Assembly: GCA_039794845.1 (NCBI GenBank)
Contig: JAUQVK010000031.1
Location: 1 to 10,844 of the forward strand
Source: Thermostichus sp. DRC_bins_24
GTDB taxonomy: Bacteria; Cyanobacteriota; Cyanobacteriia; Thermostichales; Thermostichaceae
Direction: 5' to 3'
Length of the DNA stretch: 10,844 bases
The notes beneath the pieces are model-generated. The model was not told the origin of the DNA and searched no databases. It saw only the letters and a list, made by a program, of their open reading frames with translations. Positions 7,811 through 10,844 of this stretch are shown one piece after another (position 1 is the stretch's first letter; each line of letters begins with the position of its first letter). A program made the translations under genes and the position numbers.

Positions 7811-9748
7811 ATGCTGGAAGGCAGGTCTAGGGGTGGGTTATCCCGGTTCGCAGCAGCGGGTCGCAGGTCAGTGCCGAGAAACATCCCCCTAGAGGCGGAC
7901 CAGAAGGGCCAGCGTCCCACCCAGCAGCGCCGACGCAGAGGCTCATGGCTTGCTTCTCAAGGGATCCATGGGCAATGGGGGGCAGGCTTGAGGTGGATTT
8001 TGGGAAAGCGGATCCCGACGAGCCGGCAACTGGACTTCCGCACCTGGATGACCGGATTGGTTCTGGTGATCGCCCTGTTTCTGACGGGGGTACGCCTGGT
8101 TTACCTGCAGCACCAACAGGCACCCATGTTGCAGGCACGGGCCCAAGCCCAACAACGCGCCCAGTTACGACCCTTCATTCCCCGCCGTTCTATTTTGGAT
8201 CGTCACTCCATCGCCAAGCAGCAGGCGGAACTGTTGGCGGTTGATCGCCCGGTTTATACGCTTTGGGCCCATCCCCGCCTGTTTGGCAGACGCACCCCAC
8301 AGGAGATTGCCGCGGCCTTGGCTCCGCTGTTGCGTCGTCCGGTGGAGCAACTGACGGAACAGCTATCGGCCCATCATCGTGCTGTGCGGGTGGAGCGCTG
8401 GGTATCGCAGGAGGTGGCGGATCAAATTCAGGCTTTGTACCTGGATGGGTTGGAATTGGTGAGCGAGCGGCAACGCATTTACCCACAAAAAGAGATGGCC
8501 GCCGAAGTGGTGGGCTATGTGGATCTGGATCATCAAGGGCAAGCCGGGTTGGAATATTCCCAACAGGGATTAATGGAGCGAACCGTTCAGCCTGTTACGA
8601 TTCCCCGCGATGGCTATGGACAGCTGTTGGCCGCGGAAGTGCCGGAAGGCTTGCTGCAATCTCGAGAGACAGTGTTGCAACTGACCCTGGATATGCGCTT
8701 GCAACGGGCCGCCCGCGCTGCTCTGAAAACCCAACTGCAACGATTTCAAGCGCTGCGGGGCACAGTGATTATTCTGCAGCCGCAAACGGGAGAAATTTTG
8801 GCTTTGGTAAGTGAGCCCACCTACGACCCCAACCGCTATTTCGAGTTTGATCCGGGCCTGTTTCGCAACTGGGCGGTGACGGATTTGTACGAGCCGGGAT
8901 CCACCTTCAAACCAATCAACATCGCCATTGGTCTGGATGCTGGGGCCTTCAGAGCAGATGAACGGGTATACGACGAAGGCCGGATCATGATCGGTCAGTG
9001 GCCGGTGCAAAACTACGATTACAACCAGCGGGGTGCCCATGGCTGGATGAGCGTCACCGATATCCTCAGGCAATCTAGCAATGTGGGGATGGTGCATCTG
9101 ATGCGCAAGCTGGATCCCCGCCAGTACTACAACGCCTTGGTCCGGCTGGGGCTCAACGAGCGCAGTGGGGTGGATTTACCCTTTGAGCCCGCCAGCCGCC
9201 TGAAACCGCTGCGTCAATTTGTCACGGTGCCTGTGGAACGGGCCACCGCTGCTTTTGGCCAAGGCTTTGCCCTCACTCCCCTACAGCTGGCCAGCTTGCA
9301 TTGCATCATCGCCAATGGCGGGTTGAAAGTGCAGCCCCATGTGGTGCGGGGCTTGGTAGAAAAAGACACCGATACGCTGGTGTGGGGATCCGCCCAACCG
9401 CGGCCGATACGGGTTCTCTCAGAACAAGCCACCTTGAGCGTGCGCACCCAGATGCGGGATGTGGTGGACTTTGGTACGGGTCAGTCCGCCAAAATTGAAG
9501 GCTACGAAATTGGGGGTAAAACTGGCACTGCCCAGAAGGCAGGCCCACGTGGAGGGTATTTACCCGGCAAACGGATCACCAGCTTTGTGGGATATTTCCC
9601 CGCCATTCGCCCCAACTATGTAATTTTGGCAGTGCTCGACGAACCGCGTGGGGAAGATGCCTTCGGCTCCACCACCGCTGCCCCCATCGTCCGCTCCGTG
9701 ATTCAAGAGATCATTACCCTGGAAGGGATTCGCCCGAATGCGACTTGA
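7811..9748 (+). CDS. ftsI: Class B penicillin-binding protein, FtsI/PBP3-like transpeptidase
   Basis: One TM helix (WMTGLVLVIALFLTG), a dimerisation domain (RRSILDR, RIYPQ, GQAGLE, LTLD) and transpeptidase motifs EPGSTFKP (SxxK), SSNVG (SxN) and GKTGTAQ (KTG). The start is uncertain; ATG 7811 is chosen over TTG 7739 because a TACACT -10-like box lies at 7778-7783. Confidence 0.88.
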   Translation: MLEGRSRGGLSRFAAAGRRSVPRNIPLEADQKGQRPTQQRRRRGSWLASQGIHGQWGAGLRWILGKRIPTSRQLDFRTWMTGLVLVIALFLTGVRLVYLQHQQAPMLQARAQAQQRAQLRPFIPRRSILDRHSIAKQQAELLAVDRPVYTLWAHPRLFGRRTPQEIAAALAPLLRRPVEQLTEQLSAHHRAVRVERWVSQEVADQIQALYLDGLELVSERQRIYPQKEMAAEVVGYVDLDHQGQAGLEYSQQGLMERTVQPVTIPRDGYGQLLAAEVPEGLLQSRETVLQLTLDMRLQRAARAALKTQLQRFQALRGTVIILQPQTGEILALVSEPTYDPNRYFEFDPGLFRNWAVTDLYEPGSTFKPINIAIGLDAGAFRADERVYDEGRIMIGQWPVQNYDYNQRGAHGWMSVTDILRQSSNVGMVHLMRKLDPRQYYNALVRLGLNERSGVDLPFEPASRLKPLRQFVTVPVERATAAFGQGFALTPLQLASLHCIIANGGLKVQPHVVRGLVEKDTDTLVWGSAQPRPIRVLSEQATLSVRTQMRDVVDFGTGQSAKIEGYEIGGKTGTAQKAGPRGGYLPGKRITSFVGYFPAIRPNYVILAVLDEPRGEDAFGSTTAAPIVRSVIQEIITLEGIRPNAT

Positions 9749-9756
9749 GGTTGCGG

Positions 9757-10097
9757 CTAAAAGGTATTAAATATAAACGTGCGGTTATCGTAAGTGGCGG
9801 AGGTTGGGGCAAACCCTTTAACAGGCTTCCCCTTCTGCTCAGCCGTCTTCCGGTTTGCACAGACACGCCGGATAGCGTGGATGGTCATTTGGGCAGACAA
9901 ACCAGAATGCGCTCGCGCCTCTTTGCAGATAAGAGAGTAGATAAGAGACTGCATCGCAATCTGATTTGTCAATTTTTGGGGGTATTGGCATTCACAAATT
10001 CACAACAGCGAGCAAATGCCGGCAAGACTGCGTCAAGCTTTTCAACCTGAGGCGCTGTAACCAGCATTTTGCAAGACACCGTAAGAACTTGTGTCAT
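9757..10097 (-). pseudogene. tnpB: Frameshifted, 3'-truncated TnpB (IS200/IS605 family RNA-guided nuclease), N-terminal fragment
   Basis: ATG 10097 reads MTQVLTVSCKMLVTAPQVEKLDAVLPAFARCCEFVNANTPKN* (stop 9971-9969). A shift at the A-run continues as LTNQIAMQSLIYSLICKEARAHSGLSAQMTIHAIRRVCANRKTAEQKGKPVKGFAPTSATYDNRTF. The joined peptide matches my recollection of cyanobacterial TnpB N-termini (LTVSCKL, GLSAQ...AIRRV, F.PTS..YD.R.F). No RuvC or zinc-finger region is present. Confidence 0.8.
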
Positions 10098-10191
10098 TTT
10101 CAAAGCATGAAGCTTGCTAGGGTAATTCTAGTGCATTCCTCCCAGCGCTCGCCGGTAGCAGAGCACAGGACTCCTGCGCCTTTAGTTGAAT
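9757..10191 (-). mobile_element. IS200/IS605-family element remnant (tnpB-only fragment with a putative left end)
   Basis: The tnpB fragment, lower GC than the flanks, and an imperfect hairpin upstream of tnpB (CCAGCGCTC 10142-10150 with GAGCACAGG 10161-10169, 7/9 complementary). Boundaries are inferred. Confidence 0.6.
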
Positions 10192-10300
10192 GTCAGGGAT
10201 CCGCTCTCTGTCGGCGTGGGGTACGGGATCCAGATCTACTCCAACTGGCCTGCTCCATAGCCAGATCCGATAGGCTGGATCCACCCTATGGTGTCAGCTC

Positions 10301-10844
10301 ATGGCTTCGCCAACTCCAACGCTCCTGCTGGTGGATGGGCATTCTTTGGCCTACCGCTCCTTCTATGCCTTTGCCTACAGCCGTGAGGGGGGCCTACGCA
10401 CCTCCACCGGGATCCCCACCAGCGTTAGCTTTGGCTTCTTGAAAGCGCTACTGGAGGTGCTGGACAAACACACCCCCACCCATGTGGCTGTTGCTTTTGA
10501 TGCGCGACAACCCACCTTTCGCCACGAAGTCGATGAAACCTACAAAGCAGGCCGTCCAGAAACCCCGCCAGAGTTTATCGAAGATGTGGAGAATCTCAAA
10601 CAGTTGTTGACGACCTTGCGGATCCCGATTTTGATGGCCCCCGGTTTTGAAGCGGATGACATTCTGGGCACCCTCAGCACCGTTGCTGCCAAAGATTATC
10701 ATGTACAGATTTTAAGTGGTGATCAAGATTTGTTTCAGTTAATTGATGCCGATGGCAGAGTGCGGGTTTTACATCTCAATAACAAAGATCGCATCAGTGA
10801 GTTTGGCCCGCAGCAGGTGAAAGAAAAGCTAGGGATTTGGCCCT
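10301..10844 (+). CDS. polA: DNA polymerase I, N-terminal 5'-3' exonuclease domain (runs off the window end)
   Basis: Absent from the ORF track because it has no stop in the window. ATG 10301, after an in-frame TAG at 10271, reads MASPTPTLLLVDGHSLAYRSFYAF...GLRTSTGIPTSVSFGFLK...VAFD...TFRHE....YKAGR...GFEADDILGTL...ILSGDQDLFQL. Confidence 0.93.
   Translation, partial: MASPTPTLLLVDGHSLAYRSFYAFAYSREGGLRTSTGIPTSVSFGFLKALLEVLDKHTPTHVAVAFDARQPTFRHEVDETYKAGRPETPPEFIEDVENLKQLLTTLRIPILMAPGFEADDILGTLSTVAAKDYHVQILSGDQDLFQLIDADGRVRVLHLNNKDRISEFGPQQVKEKLGIWP

Larger units (their letters stand above)
260..10625. repeat. Dispersed highly iterated palindrome GGATCC/GGGATCCC (HIP1-like)
   Basis: About 34 GGATCC by hand count against roughly 3 expected for a random hexamer. 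Full GGGATCCC at 5198, 5454, 6963 and 10409. No canonical HIP1 GCGATCGC noticed. Confidence 0.8.

Noticed and set aside
31..9748. rodA and ftsI as a novel SEDS-bPBP operon
   Set aside because: They are 6.5 kb apart with unrelated and opposite-strand genes between them. RodA normally pairs with PBP2, and scattered division genes are usual in cyanobacteria.
10196..10285. CRISPR-like or REP-like repeat upstream of polA
   Set aside because: It is only three GGATCC sites and related GATC words, with no constant repeat-spacer period.
9745..10442. Plus-strand ORFs 9745..10050 and 9966..10442
   Set aside because: They are antisense to the tnpB remnant or out of frame over the polA start, and have no motifs.

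Overview
A GC-rich cyanobacterial chromosome segment, most likely from a hot-spring Synechococcus/Thermostichus. This is an inference from the cyanobacterial gene set (CPP1-like gene, cyanobacterial-type RodA, NtcA promoter) and a large excess of GGATCC/GGGATCCC with no GCGATCGC seen. The core genes are rodA, acs, a group I cysteine desulfurase, a CPP1-like J-like protein, ftsI and the 5' end of polA. Three elements stand out against this backbone. (1) A low-GC, single-gene insertion encodes an apparently intact cyanuric acid amidohydrolase (AtzD/TrzD) with no biuret or allophanate hydrolase genes beside it. (2) A stand-alone Rieske oxygenase sits behind a canonical NtcA-activated promoter (GTA-N8-TAC-N22-TAN3T), suggesting an unassigned nitrogen-scavenging reaction. 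(3) A frameshifted, truncated IS200/IS605 tnpB remnant between ftsI and polA is only partly captured by the ORF track.
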